Below are positions 45,440-55,671 of a stretch of DNA of 64,000 nucleotides, in pieces. Source of the DNA: Candidatus Multivoradales bacterium (lineage in GTDB: Bacteria; Acidobacteriota; Thermoanaerobaculia; Multivoradales; Multivoraceae); NCBI GenBank assembly GCA_965223325.1, contig CBDCWI010000001.1, positions 1,376,001 through 1,440,000 of the forward strand. The letters are read 5' to 3'. Below the pieces are notes generated by a model. It saw only the letters and a program-made list of their open reading frames with translations. It made no database searches and was not told the DNA's origin. Both the position numbers and the translations under genes were made by a program. Positions within the stretch are counted from its first letter, which is position 1; every line of letters begins with the position of its first letter.

Positions 45440-46606
45440 CTACTCTTCAAACTGCGACGCGTCGAGACCCGGAACGATCGCCAGCGCGTTCTTGTAGTAG
45501 ATCTTTCGGAGCACCTCGTCGGGTACGCCGAGGCCGTACATCTTCCAGTGGGCGTGGCGCTTGCGGTAGTAGTCGAAGTACTCGTCTTCGGTCTCGAGAA
45601 CCCGGAAGTAGACGAAGTACTCGGACGGGTTCCAGGAGTCTTTGCCGAACAGGACGCGGTCCTGGTAGTCGATCAAGAATTGGCGCGCGCGGCGGGGCTG
45701 GCGGCCGAGCTCGGCGAGGACGGCGCCGATTTCGGTGTACATGTTGGGTATCTCGTCGAGCAACTTGCCGAGGCGATCGAGGTCGTTGCCCATCCAACCC
45801 AGATGCGCGTTGATGAACTTCGTTCCCGGGTGCTTGCGAAAAATGTTGAGCTGCTCGTTCATCGTTTGCTCGAACGATGCGAAGCGCTCGGGGTCGTCGC
45901 GACGGCGGTTGGGGAACTGTTTGAGCTCGAGCCACCGCTCGTTGTGGAGATCCCAGGGCGACCAGAACGGCGACGGTTCACCGACGTGAATGAGAACCGG
46001 AATGCCCAGTTCTCCCGCCTTCGCCCACACCGGATCGATCCGCGGGTCGTCGGCCGGGACGCGACCGTTACTGTCGGTGACGAACATGCCGAGGTTCTTG
46101 TAGATCTTGAGGCCGACGGCACCGTTGGCGACGTCTTGCTCGAGTTGCGCCGCCGAACGCTCGCCCCAACCGTCGTCTTCGAGGTTCCTGAAGTCGACAT
46201 TGGCAAAGTTGACGAAACGACCGTCGTGCCGACCGCGCGTTTCTTCATCAATGCTCTTGAAACGGTCGCCGGACGTGCCGCTGAGATTGACGAAGACCGC
46301 CATGTTCATGGCGTCCATGTCGCGGACCATCTGGTCGATGGTCTCGGCACTGGCGCCGCGCAGATGGCCGTGAACATCGACGAACGGGAACTTCGAGCGT
46401 TCCCTCGGGTGTTCCGGAACGACCAGGGTCGACCGAGGCTCGTAGTCTTCAACCGACATCGTAGCCTCGGCGGCACCGCTGCCCGCCTGGCCGGCTGCTG
46501 GCGCGGCCACAATCCAGAATGGCCAGAGCAACAGAGCAACGAGAGCCCTCTCCATCCATGGAGAGGCGCTGAAACTGCGGTCTTCGTGGTGACGAATCTG
46601 AAGCAT
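45440..46606 (-). CDS. Secreted amidohydrolase_2 family protein
   Basis: DVHGH, GLKIYK, PVLIH, NAHLG, LFGKD; AAGGAG RBS before ATG 46606. Confidence 0.88.
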   Translation of the reverse strand: MLQIRHHEDRSFSASPWMERALVALLLWPFWIVAAPAAGQAGSGAAEATMSVEDYEPRSTLVVPEHPRERSKFPFVDVHGHLRGASAETIDQMVRDMDAMNMAVFVNLSGTSGDRFKSIDEETRGRHDGRFVNFANVDFRNLEDDGWGERSAAQLEQDVANGAVGLKIYKNLGMFVTDSNGRVPADDPRIDPVWAKAGELGIPVLIHVGEPSPFWSPWDLHNERWLELKQFPNRRRDDPERFASFEQTMNEQLNIFRKHPGTKFINAHLGWMGNDLDRLGKLLDEIPNMYTEIGAVLAELGRQPRRARQFLIDYQDRVLFGKDSWNPSEYFVYFRVLETEDEYFDYYRKRHAHWKMYGLGVPDEVLRKIYYKNALAIVPGLDASQFEE

Positions 46607-46953
46607 GCTCGGGACTCCTTGAAAGAGGACAGCGGCCTGCGATCTTTCCACATCTGCCCACTAGCCGGTGGGACGACCGTCGGGCACACATTCCCACCGG
46701 CGACAAGAAAACCTTCGCCCAATGCATCCCTCCAGCGCTTCCCCCGCGTACATCTCAACAGCCTGTGGGTGGTCCTCCTCCTCATTCGAGTCTCCGACGC
46801 CTCGGACGTTTCTCGACGCCACCCGCAGGCTTCTATCGTTGGCCGTCGTGGCGCCTCGCACATCCAGCCCAGTACCATGAACACTCCTCCCCGCCCGCCA
46901 TCGGGAGCGGCCCTCGAAAGATCGACTGAGCAAGAGAGTCTCTGGAGAGTCTG

Positions 46954-47814
46954 ATGAACGGAATTGTCTCCTCAAGCCAAGAACGCGCCACCGCGCGACG
47001 TCGCGGCCTGCCGCTTGTCCTTTTGTGCGGCCTTCTTCTCGTCATCGGCTGCGCACCGAAGGCCGAGCCCGCAAAAGGCCCGATCGCCGACGAAGTGAGA
47101 GCGGCGCTGGCCTCCGGCACGCAGTCGTTCGATCATTCGCTTCTCGACCAGCTGCTTCGTGACACGGTTCGCGATGGGCTCCTGGACTACGACCAGGTCG
47201 CGAGCCAGCGCGAACTTCTCGACCGCTATCTCGAGCAAGTCAGTACGGCCTCACTCGCAGAGCTCAGCCCTCCTCATCTCAAGGCGCTCCTCATCAACGC
47301 CTACAACGCCTACACGATTCGCTCGATCCTCGACCACCCCGATGTGGCCTCGATCAAGGAGATCGACGGTGTCTGGGACACCGCACTGCACTCTGTTGGT
47401 GGGCACCAGATCACGCTCGACGGCATCGAGCACAACCTGCTGCGGCCCTTCTACAAAGACCCCCGCATTCACGTGGCCGTCAACTGCGCCTCGATGTCGT
47501 GCGCACCGCTCACACCCTGGGCCTGGAGCGGCGAAGCTGTCGACGAACAGCTCGAAGAAGAAACCCGTCGCTTCTTCAACAACCCGAAGTACACCAGCGT
47601 CGAGGGCTCAGTGGTCTCTGTCTCAAGACTGCTCGACTGGTACGGCGACGACTTCACAGCCCCGGACGCAATGCCGCGCGCCGACTCGATTGCGCTCTTC
47701 GTGGCGCGCTACGTGCCGGCTGTCTCCGCAATCGAGAACCCTCAAATCGCTTTCAAGGACTACGACTGGGCGCTCAACCGCGCTCCTGTCGGTCTCTCCT
47801 GGAACAGCCTCTAG
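46954..47814 (+). CDS. DUF547 domain lipoprotein
   Basis: Lipobox LVIGC; INAYNA, TLDGIEH, DPRIHVAVNCASMSC, YDWALN. Confidence 0.9.
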   Translation: MNGIVSSSQERATARRRGLPLVLLCGLLLVIGCAPKAEPAKGPIADEVRAALASGTQSFDHSLLDQLLRDTVRDGLLDYDQVASQRELLDRYLEQVSTASLAELSPPHLKALLINAYNAYTIRSILDHPDVASIKEIDGVWDTALHSVGGHQITLDGIEHNLLRPFYKDPRIHVAVNCASMSCAPLTPWAWSGEAVDEQLEEETRRFFNNPKYTSVEGSVVSVSRLLDWYGDDFTAPDAMPRADSIALFVARYVPAVSAIENPQIAFKDYDWALNRAPVGLSWNSL

Positions 47815-47852
47815 CTTGCGCGCCTCCGCCTCGCTGCAGGTAGGGTGTCGCT

Positions 47853-49955
47853 ATGCGCAACCGTTGGTTCCACGCCCCTCGCCTGCATAGCCCAGGCCCG
47901 GGCGAAGAAAAGCGTGTCGGCTGGATCGAGCTGTTCTACGACCTGGTCTACGTCGCAGCGATCATTCAGCTCGGCAACGGCCTCAGCTACCACCCGGATC
48001 TCTACGGCTTTTTGGGTTTCGCCGCCTTGTTCGCGGCGATCTGGTACGCCTGGACCAGCTTCACGTTCTACTCGAACCGCTTCGACGTCGACGACCTGCT
48101 GCACCGGGTGCTGGTGTTCGTCAAGATGTTCGGGATCGCCTCGATGGCCGTTCTGGCGCCGGGAGTTTTCGAAGGGCGCACCCAGGGGTTCGCGCTCGCC
48201 TACACGCTGGTGCGGGTTACCGTTATCGCCTTCTACGTGCGCGCCTACCTGCACGCCGATCGCGGGCGGGCGCTTTCGGGGCGCTATGCCATTGGCTTTT
48301 CAATTGGGGCGCTCTTCTGGCTGGCATCGGCATTCGCGCCCAAACCCTGGGTGTGGGTGCTGTGGGTGGCGGGGTTTGCGATCGAGCTCAGCGCTCCGAT
48401 CACCGGCAAGGCCCGTGAGCTCAACTACCAACACCCACCCGATGCCGCCCACCTCTCGGAGCGCTTCGGTCTCTTGACCATCATCGTGCTCGGCGAGTCG
48501 TTCGTGAAGGTGCTCACCGACCTCGCCGCAGCCTCTGAGGTGGCCGGCTGGGAAACCGCCGCCATGGGAGGGGTGGCGCTCCTCGTCACCTGCAGCGTGT
48601 GGTGGATCTACTTCGATGACGTCGTCCACTCGCGCATTCGCCAACGCCCCGCCGCCAGGCTGCTCTGGCTCTACGCCCATTTGCCGCTGGCCATCGGCGT
48701 CACCTCGCTGGGTGTCGGCATCAAGAAGGCAGTGGCTGCAAACCCCGACGTCGCCCTCGAGACCGCGCGTTGGATTTTGGGGGGTTCCCTGGGGTTGGTT
48801 TTCCTGGCGGTTGCCGTTCTCGATTGGGTGACCGAGCGCGACGAGTCGACCCTCGACGATGCCGCACGAGTGTGGATGCGACTGGGTTCGGCCGCTGCCA
48901 TCCTGGCCCTGACGGCGGCCGGCGATCTGATCCCGAACTGGCTGTTCCTGACTCTCATTGCGACAGTCTCTGTGGCTCAGGTCGTCGCCGACCTGATGAT
49001 CGCACCGCTCGCCGCACAGGAAGTCGACCACAGCCACTTGCAATCGGCTTTCGACCGCCCGCTCGAGTTGACACCCGAGGAGATCGAAGCCAACGCCCAA
49101 CGGCAGCGGCGTGACCCGCTCGAGGCCGTCCGCGTCGGCACACCGTCAGGACTGCGGCGCGGGCTCTACTTCTTCTTCATGCACGGCTCCTGGATGCGCC
49201 TCCTGTTCGCGGCGATCGCCTCGTTCCTGATCATCAACCTGATCTTCGCCGTGCTCTACCTGTTCGACCCGGGAGCGGTCTCGGGTGCCACGCCCGACTC
49301 TCTTCGCGATGCGTTCGCCTTCAGCGTGCAGACCATCTCGACGATTGGCTACGGCACGCTTTCGCCCGGCTCTGCGTACGGAGACCTGCTGGTGGTCGTC
49401 GAGGCGATCATCGGCGTCTTGTTCACGGCCTTCTTCACCGGCCTGGTTTTCGCCAAGGCGTCGCGCCCCGAAGCGAGTGTTCTGTTTAGCGAGCCGATCG
49501 TGGTAACTCAGTTCGAAGGCACCCCAGCGCTCATGTTTCGGTTGGCCAACGCGCGCGGCAACGAGATCGTCCAAGCGACCATTCAGGTCAGCACCGCGCT
49601 CGAGGAAGAGACCACCGAAGGTCACCGCATGCGACGCATTCGCGACCTCGAGCTGGTTCGCGACAACCAGCCTCTGTTCAGCCTCACCTGGACGGTCGTT
49701 CACCGGATCGACGAGAAGAGTCCCTTCTACGGCCTCGACGAAGCCGCGGTGCGCGAATGCAATGCAGGAATCATCGCCTCGATGACCGGCTACGACGCGA
49801 CCTACGCTCAAACGGTGCATGCGCGCAACATCTGGTACGCCGACGACATGCGCTGGGGTGAACGTCTCGTTGACGTGCTTTCCGAGCTCGACGACGGCCG
49901 GATGTCGATCGACTACCGCCGGTTCCATCACACCGAAAGCCAACCGGCGGGCTGA
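47853..49955 (+). CDS. Fusion of LtrA (low-temperature requirement A) membrane domain and KirBac inward-rectifier K+ channel
   Basis: WIELFYDLVYV, ERFGLLTIIVLGE, WWIYF (LtrA); FSVQTISTIGYG filter, LMFRLANAR, WTVVHRIDEKSP (Kir); one continuous ORF. Confidence 0.9.
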   Translation: MRNRWFHAPRLHSPGPGEEKRVGWIELFYDLVYVAAIIQLGNGLSYHPDLYGFLGFAALFAAIWYAWTSFTFYSNRFDVDDLLHRVLVFVKMFGIASMAVLAPGVFEGRTQGFALAYTLVRVTVIAFYVRAYLHADRGRALSGRYAIGFSIGALFWLASAFAPKPWVWVLWVAGFAIELSAPITGKARELNYQHPPDAAHLSERFGLLTIIVLGESFVKVLTDLAAASEVAGWETAAMGGVALLVTCSVWWIYFDDVVHSRIRQRPAARLLWLYAHLPLAIGVTSLGVGIKKAVAANPDVALETARWILGGSLGLVFLAVAVLDWVTERDESTLDDAARVWMRLGSAAAILALTAAGDLIPNWLFLTLIATVSVAQVVADLMIAPLAAQEVDHSHLQSAFDRPLELTPEEIEANAQRQRRDPLEAVRVGTPSGLRRGLYFFFMHGSWMRLLFAAIASFLIINLIFAVLYLFDPGAVSGATPDSLRDAFAFSVQTISTIGYGTLSPGSAYGDLLVVVEAIIGVLFTAFFTGLVFAKASRPEASVLFSEPIVVTQFEGTPALMFRLANARGNEIVQATIQVSTALEEETTEGHRMRRIRDLELVRDNQPLFSLTWTVVHRIDEKSPFYGLDEAAVRECNAGIIASMTGYDATYAQTVHARNIWYADDMRWGERLVDVLSELDDGRMSIDYRRFHHTESQPAG

Positions 49956-49962
49956 CCACGAG

Positions 49963-50676
49963 ATGACTTCGGCGATGACTTCGACGAACGGTGGCCTGAT
50001 CGCGCTGGACGCCGACCTTTGGGTTGTGTCGCGCCCCCTGGCGCTCGCGGTTGGCGATGTCGGCTGTCGAATGACCGTCGTGCGCCTCCCAGACGGTGGT
50101 CTCGTCTTGCATTCGCCGGTTGCGAACCAGGAGGGCCTGGCCGAGAAGGTCCAGACACTCGGCGAACCGCGCTACCTCGTCGCGCCCAATCTGGTGCATC
50201 ATCTCTTCCTTGATGATTGGACCACGCAGTTTCCCGAGGCAAAGGTCTGCGCGCCTCTGGCGCTGGCTCGGAAACACAAGGGGCTCGCCATCGCCCACGA
50301 GCTCGGTGCCAGCGACCCACCATCGTGGGCGGGCGCGCTTGCCACGCAGAAGATCAGGGGCGCACCACTCATGCAGGAGACGGCGCTCCTACACCGCCCG
50401 AGCCGCACGCTGATCGTCGCCGACTTGACCTTCAACGTGGTCTCCGGCAAGACCGAAGGCGGCAGCTTTTTCTGGCGCCTGGTCGGAGCACGAGACCGTT
50501 TCGGTCCGCACCGGCTCATCCGTCTGGGGTTCAGAGACCAGCACAAGATCAGCCAGTCACTCGAAGCGATCATGCAATGGGACTTCGACCGCATCATCAT
50601 GAGCCATGGCGAAGTCATCGACAGTGGCGGCAAGGACCTGATGGCAGAGGCCTTTGAAAGGTGGCTGCCGGCCTAG
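49963..50676 (+). CDS. DUF4336 domain protein (metallo-beta-lactamase-like fold)
   Basis: RMTVVRL, LHSPV, APNLVHHLF, HRPSRTLIVAD, WDFDRIIMSHG. Confidence 0.88.
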   Translation: MTSAMTSTNGGLIALDADLWVVSRPLALAVGDVGCRMTVVRLPDGGLVLHSPVANQEGLAEKVQTLGEPRYLVAPNLVHHLFLDDWTTQFPEAKVCAPLALARKHKGLAIAHELGASDPPSWAGALATQKIRGAPLMQETALLHRPSRTLIVADLTFNVVSGKTEGGSFFWRLVGARDRFGPHRLIRLGFRDQHKISQSLEAIMQWDFDRIIMSHGEVIDSGGKDLMAEAFERWLPA

Positions 50677-50683
50677 ACCCCCG

Positions 50684-51991
50684 CTAGTCCGGGGCAGCCG
50701 CCAACTCTTCCTCGAGCTTGCGTGACGCCAAGAAGAAGTGCAGCACCGACCAGGCCATCACCGCGGGCAGCACATAGAGCATCGCGATCCGCAGTGACTC
50801 GACGCCGTGTGCGCCGGCCAACTGATCGCTGAGGAAGCCCACGAACCACGGGCCCATCCCAAGGCCGATCAGGTTGAGGATAAAGAACAGGATCGCCGAG
50901 GCGAGGGCGCGCATACGCAGGCCAACCAGGCCGTGGGTCATCGCCAGGGTGTTGCCGAGGTAGACGTTGAACAGAATGCTGGGAATGATGCCCATGATCA
51001 GCGCCTGGTAGCCGGTTCCCACCAGATACGTCGCCACCATGAACGGCAGGCAGATGATGCCGGTGATCGTCGGTAGCCACATGTACCAACGCACGTCGCG
51101 AACCGCCAGTCGCTGCGCCAGGAGACCACCCCCGAGCACTCCGATCGCTCCACCGGCGCCCATCGAGAGCGCCAGCCAGGTTCCGAGCTCGCCGGTGCTC
51201 ATGTCGTGGCTGCGAATGATGAACGACGCCGTCCAGCTACTGCTGCTGTAGCCCGCAAAGGCGTTGAGGGCCGCGCCGAACGCCATGTGCCGGAACGACG
51301 AGCGGCTGGCGAGCAGTGAAAGGACTGACCCGAACGGCGCTGTTTCACCGGCAGCGCGATTCTCGGCGAGTCCGCGTGGTGGCTCCTTGACCGTTAGCCA
51401 AACGACGAACGCCAGCAGAATGCCGGGCGCGCCAACCACCATGAATGCCACGCGCCAGCTGAAGAACTCGTTGAGCCAGCCGCCGAAGAGAAAGCCGAAC
51501 AGGATCCCGAAGTTCACACCCATCGAGTAGATCGACAGTGCACCAGCACGTTTGTTGGCGGGGAAAATGTCCGAGATCATCGAATGCGCTGGAGGGCTTC
51601 CGCCGGCCTCACCGATTCCGACCCCCACGCGTGCCATCAAGAGATGAAAGTAGGTCTGAACGAAACCGCTGATCGCGGTCATGAAGCTCCAAATACCAAC
51701 CGCCAACGCCACGATGTTGCGGCGGTTGCCGCGGTCGGCCCATCGCGCGATCGGAATCCCGGCCGAAACGTAGAAGAGCGCGAACGCGAAGCCGGTAAGC
51801 AGTCCCAACTGGGTGTCTGTGAGATCGAGGTCGACCTTGATCGATTCCTGCAGAATGGCCAGCAGCTGGCGGTCAATGAAGTTGAAGGTATAAACGACCG
51901 TCAGGAGACCGAGTACGTAGTAGCGCGTTCGGTTGCCACCGTAGGCATTCGAAGGGGGCGTCTCGGAGGGCTGCGTTCCGTCCTGGCTCAT
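50684..51991 (-). CDS. Spinster-family MFS transporter
   Basis: FNFIDRQ, ADRGNRR, RVGVGIGEA, multiple TM segments. Confidence 0.92.
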   Translation of the reverse strand: MSQDGTQPSETPPSNAYGGNRTRYYVLGLLTVVYTFNFIDRQLLAILQESIKVDLDLTDTQLGLLTGFAFALFYVSAGIPIARWADRGNRRNIVALAVGIWSFMTAISGFVQTYFHLLMARVGVGIGEAGGSPPAHSMISDIFPANKRAGALSIYSMGVNFGILFGFLFGGWLNEFFSWRVAFMVVGAPGILLAFVVWLTVKEPPRGLAENRAAGETAPFGSVLSLLASRSSFRHMAFGAALNAFAGYSSSSWTASFIIRSHDMSTGELGTWLALSMGAGGAIGVLGGGLLAQRLAVRDVRWYMWLPTITGIICLPFMVATYLVGTGYQALIMGIIPSILFNVYLGNTLAMTHGLVGLRMRALASAILFFILNLIGLGMGPWFVGFLSDQLAGAHGVESLRIAMLYVLPAVMAWSVLHFFLASRKLEEELAAAPD

Positions 51992-52125
51992 AACGATTCG
52001 CTTTTCTGGTTGTCTGCGGGTCGCGACAGGGTACACCGCTTCCGCCCCGTGACCCAAAGGCGCCCAGAGGTGGCCGGCAGGGCCCGGCAGCGTATGATGG
52101 CTGGCAGACCCATAGGAGACAGTGG

Positions 52126-53808
52126 ATGGCCGAGAAGACATACGACGCGATCGTCGTCGGTTCGGGTGCAACCGGTGGCTGGGCCGCCAAGGTGATGACC
52201 GAAGCCGGCATGGAAGTCCTGATGCTCGAAGCCGGCACTTCGTTTGACGAAACCAAGGACTATCGCGAGCACACCCTGGCGCACGATCTGCCCCTGCGGG
52301 GTCGCCCTGATCCGCGCAACGAGCTACTCCAGCGACGCCCGGTGCAGACCTATTGCTACGCCTGTACCGAGGTCAACGCCGACTTCTTCATCGACGACAT
52401 CGACAACCCGTACACCACCGCTCCCGGCAAACCGTTCAATTGGATCCAGGGCAACAAGGTCGGTGGGCGCTCACTGATGTGGGCACGGCAGTCGTACCGC
52501 ATGAGCGACTACGACTTCAAAGCCGCCAGTCGCGACGGTTTCGGTATGGATTGGCCCATCAGTTACGCCGACCTCGCGCCCTACTACGACCGCGTCGAGC
52601 GCTACATCGGTGTTTCGGGTCAAAAGGAAGGTCTCGCGGTTCTTCCCGACGGCCAGTTCCTGCCACCGATGCCCTACTCCTGTGGGGAGCGGATGCTGAA
52701 AGAAACCATGGAAGGCAAGTTCGGGGTGCCGATGACCATCGGTCGCACCGCGGTGCTCACCGAGTCACGCGACGGGCGCCTGGCTTGCCACTACTGCGGG
52801 CCATGCCACTACGGCTGCCGCACGCGTTCCTACTTCAACTCGCCGCAGACGACACTCAAAGACTGCGCGGCGACCGGCAAATTCACTCTCGTTCCTGAGG
52901 CAGTCGTCACCACGGTCGACATGAACAACGAGAACCTCGCCGAGGGCGTGACCTACTTCGACAAGACCACCGGCGAACGCCATCAGGCCAGGGCCCGGGT
53001 GGTTTCACTTTGTGCCTCGACCCTCGCCTCGACGCGTATTCTGCTCAACTCCGCCGAAGGTGGGCTGGCGAACTCGAGCGACGTGCTCGGCCGCTACGTC
53101 ATGGACCACATCTACGCCACCGGCGTCGGCGGTCGTCTACCGGCACGAGCCGGTGCCAAGCGCGAGAACGCCAGCCGCCCCAACGGCATCTACGTGCCGC
53201 GCTTCCAAAACCTCGACGATCCCAAGACGCACGACAAGAACTTCCTGCGCGGCTACGGCTTTCAGGGCGGCGAAGGCATCACAGCCTGGGAGCACGCGCT
53301 CTCGAAGAAAGGATTCGGAGCTGCGTTCAAAGACTCGATCCCCGGCGACACCGTCTCGCGCATGTCGCTCGGTGGCTTCGGCGAGATCCTGCCGCGTGCC
53401 GACAACCGCGTCGTGCTCGACCCCGAGGTGCGCGACAAGTGGGGTGTTCCGGTCCTGCGCATGGAGTGTTCGCTGGGAAGCAACGAGCTGGCCATGGTCG
53501 ACGCCCTCCTGACTCGCGGCGCCGAGTTTCTGGAAGCTATGGGTTGCACTGACATCTCGGTTCGCAGCGACCCGGCTCCGATGGGCTCAGGCATTCACGA
53601 GGTCGGCACCGCGCGCATGGGCGACGACCCGAAGACTTCTTACCTGAACGGCTTCCAGCAGTCCCATGAGATCAAGAACCTGTTCGTCATGGACGGTGCG
53701 GGCTACGTCTCGATCGGCTGTGTCAACCCAACGCTCACCATGATGTCGCTCGCCCTGCGCTCGAGCGAGTACCTGGTCGAGCAGATGAAGCGCGGCGAAC
53801 TCTCCTGA
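52126..53808 (+). CDS. GMC family flavoprotein oxidoreductase (glycoside 3-dehydrogenase-like large subunit)
   Basis: VGSGATGG, VGGRSLMW, CHYCGPCHYGC Fe-S motif, HEVGTARMG, NPTLTMM. Confidence 0.92.
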   Translation: MAEKTYDAIVVGSGATGGWAAKVMTEAGMEVLMLEAGTSFDETKDYREHTLAHDLPLRGRPDPRNELLQRRPVQTYCYACTEVNADFFIDDIDNPYTTAPGKPFNWIQGNKVGGRSLMWARQSYRMSDYDFKAASRDGFGMDWPISYADLAPYYDRVERYIGVSGQKEGLAVLPDGQFLPPMPYSCGERMLKETMEGKFGVPMTIGRTAVLTESRDGRLACHYCGPCHYGCRTRSYFNSPQTTLKDCAATGKFTLVPEAVVTTVDMNNENLAEGVTYFDKTTGERHQARARVVSLCASTLASTRILLNSAEGGLANSSDVLGRYVMDHIYATGVGGRLPARAGAKRENASRPNGIYVPRFQNLDDPKTHDKNFLRGYGFQGGEGITAWEHALSKKGFGAAFKDSIPGDTVSRMSLGGFGEILPRADNRVVLDPEVRDKWGVPVLRMECSLGSNELAMVDALLTRGAEFLEAMGCTDISVRSDPAPMGSGIHEVGTARMGDDPKTSYLNGFQQSHEIKNLFVMDGAGYVSIGCVNPTLTMMSLALRSSEYLVEQMKRGELS

Positions 53809-53817
53809 GGAGAAACG

Positions 53818-54405
53818 ATGTCTGAAAATAGGAAACAAGAAACTCCCACCCGATCCGCAGCTCTGTCGAGGCGCACCGTGCTCGGCTCGAGCGTCGGCGC
53901 AGCGGCGGCGACCCTTCTGCCGGCCGCGAAAGCAGCTGCCGCAGCCGCACCCAACTGGTCGCCGAAGTTTCTAAGCGCCGATCAGGGTCAAATGCTCGCC
54001 ACCCTCTGCGATCTCATCCTCCCAAGGACCAACACTCCCAGTGCCACCGAAGCAGGCGTTCACGAGTACATCGATGAGGCGCTCTCGGTAGCACCGAGCG
54101 ACGAGCAGCTCGAGTTCCTGGGTGGGCTCGCCTGGGTCGATCGCTTTGCCCAGGAACGTTTCGGCAATCGGTGGAGCGCTTTGGCTGCCCGTCGGCAGAC
54201 GGAGTTGCTGGGCGACATCGCTGACGATCGTGCCCACAACGAGGACACAGAGCTAGGAGCGGCGTTCTTCAACGACCTCAAGCGTCGCACCCTGTTCGGC
54301 TACTTCACCTCCAGGCGCGGCCGAACTGAGGCTCTCGGTCTGCCCGAAACCGTTCGGCGCGAGACGCTCGATGGCTGCAAGCACGGCGCAGGTGGCCACG
54401 GCTGA
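53818..54405 (+). CDS. Gluconate 2-dehydrogenase subunit 3 family Tat-signal partner
   Basis: SRRTVL Tat motif; LILPRTNTPSA, GYFTS. Confidence 0.88.
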   Translation: MSENRKQETPTRSAALSRRTVLGSSVGAAAATLLPAAKAAAAAAPNWSPKFLSADQGQMLATLCDLILPRTNTPSATEAGVHEYIDEALSVAPSDEQLEFLGGLAWVDRFAQERFGNRWSALAARRQTELLGDIADDRAHNEDTELGAAFFNDLKRRTLFGYFTSRRGRTEALGLPETVRRETLDGCKHGAGGHG

Positions 54406-54447
54406 GCGCGGCGCTTCTCTTCCAGAGACCCCTCCCTCCGAAAGGAT

Positions 54448-54990
54448 TCAGAGCATCGCGAGCAGGCGCTGCACTGTGTTCCAGTTGCGGGCCGTGGCCC
54501 GGACACCGAGGGTTTTCTCGAAGTAGGCGTGCGTCAGCCGTGACTGGTGCGAGCCATTGGGATAGCAGGCGAAGACCTCGCGCCCTTTGACCTCGAAGGT
54601 ATCTGGCGGTGAGCGCTCAGGATCGAGGGCACCGACCTTCGCGGCTGGAGGCTTCTGGTCGAGAAACAAAACGCTCAGGAACTTTGCGTCGATACCTTCG
54701 GCGGCCAGAGGGTGCGCACGTGCCACAGCGCGGAACTGGCGAGCCGTGCGGGTGACGATGTCCGGTGCGAAACCGAAATCCCGCTCGATTCTGCCTGGCA
54801 GGTCCTCGGCCAGCTGCACGACGGCCTGCGGAGTGGCTTTGAAGACGATGTTGCCGGTTTGAATGTAGGTGCGAACGCCGGTGCAATCGAACCCTTCGAA
54901 GAGGACTGTGAGATCCGCCATGGGTAAGCGGTTGCGACCGCCAACGTTGATACCGCGCAGGAGCGCAACGTGGGTTTGGTGCTTCGTCAC
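54448..54990 (-). CDS. DUF1697 domain protein
   Basis: ALLRGINVGG, TYIQTGN, TARNWNTV. Confidence 0.92.
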   Translation of the reverse strand: MTKHQTHVALLRGINVGGRNRLPMADLTVLFEGFDCTGVRTYIQTGNIVFKATPQAVVQLAEDLPGRIERDFGFAPDIVTRTARQFRAVARAHPLAAEGIDAKFLSVLFLDQKPPAAKVGALDPERSPPDTFEVKGREVFACYPNGSHQSRLTHAYFEKTLGVRATARNWNTVQRLLAML

Positions 54991-54999
54991 CGGTGGTCC

Positions 55000-55656
55000 C
55001 TACGCGAGGCCCTCGGGCCTCTTGAACGAACGACGCAACTTCTCGACCTCTTTGCGCCTCCAGCACCCCTCGAGGTGGTCGTTGACAAGCCCCACCGATT
55101 GCATGAACGCGTAGGCCGTGGTCGGGCCAACGAACTTCCAACCTCGCTTGCGCAGGGCCTTCGACAGCGCCGTTGACTCAGCGGTCTTGGCAAGCGCTGC
55201 CATGGCCTTCTTGTCGATTCGTTGCGGCCGTGCGCTCGCCGGCGGTTCGAACTGCCACACGAAAGCCGCGATCGAACCGGCTTCTTCGACCAGATCGAGC
55301 GCCCGCGACGCATTGTGAATGGCGGCTTCGATCTTGCCGCGATGGCGCACGATGCCAGCGTCTCCTAGAAGTCGCTTGGTGTCACGCTTGCCGAATCGCG
55401 CGACCTCCTCGAACTCGAAGTTGGAGAATGCCCTGCGGAAGTTCTCCCGCTTGCGCAGAATCGTCAGCCAGGACAAACCGGACTGAAAGCCTTCCAGGCA
55501 GAGCTTCTCGTAGAGCCGCCGGTCTTCCGCAGTGGGTACGCCCCACTCCTCGTCGTGGTAGGCGCGGTAGTCCTCGTGGTCACCACACCACCAGCAGCGG
55601 TGACGTCGGTCAGGGCCCTTGATCATCCCATCGGGGAGCTTCTTCTTTGCTGCCAC
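55000..55656 (-). CDS. tag: DNA-3-methyladenine glycosylase I
   Basis: RCWW, YHDEEWG, LEGFQSGLSW, FVGPTT, VNDHLEGC. Confidence 0.96.
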   Translation of the reverse strand: MAAKKKLPDGMIKGPDRRHRCWWCGDHEDYRAYHDEEWGVPTAEDRRLYEKLCLEGFQSGLSWLTILRKRENFRRAFSNFEFEEVARFGKRDTKRLLGDAGIVRHRGKIEAAIHNASRALDLVEEAGSIAAFVWQFEPPASARPQRIDKKAMAALAKTAESTALSKALRKRGWKFVGPTTAYAFMQSVGLVNDHLEGCWRRKEVEKLRRSFKRPEGLA

Positions 55657-55671
55657 GAGCGCGCTCCGCAG

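Noticed and set aside
46651-46953. About 300-bp intergenic region as an ncRNA or riboswitch
   Set aside because: No recognisable conserved RNA motif by eye; a covariance-model search would be needed
45548-46954. 468-aa plus-strand ORF and similar long antisense ORFs (1080-2168, 18510-19976, 39464-40438, 56299-57309, 61909-63159)
   Set aside because: Shadow frames of well-supported genes, expected at high GC
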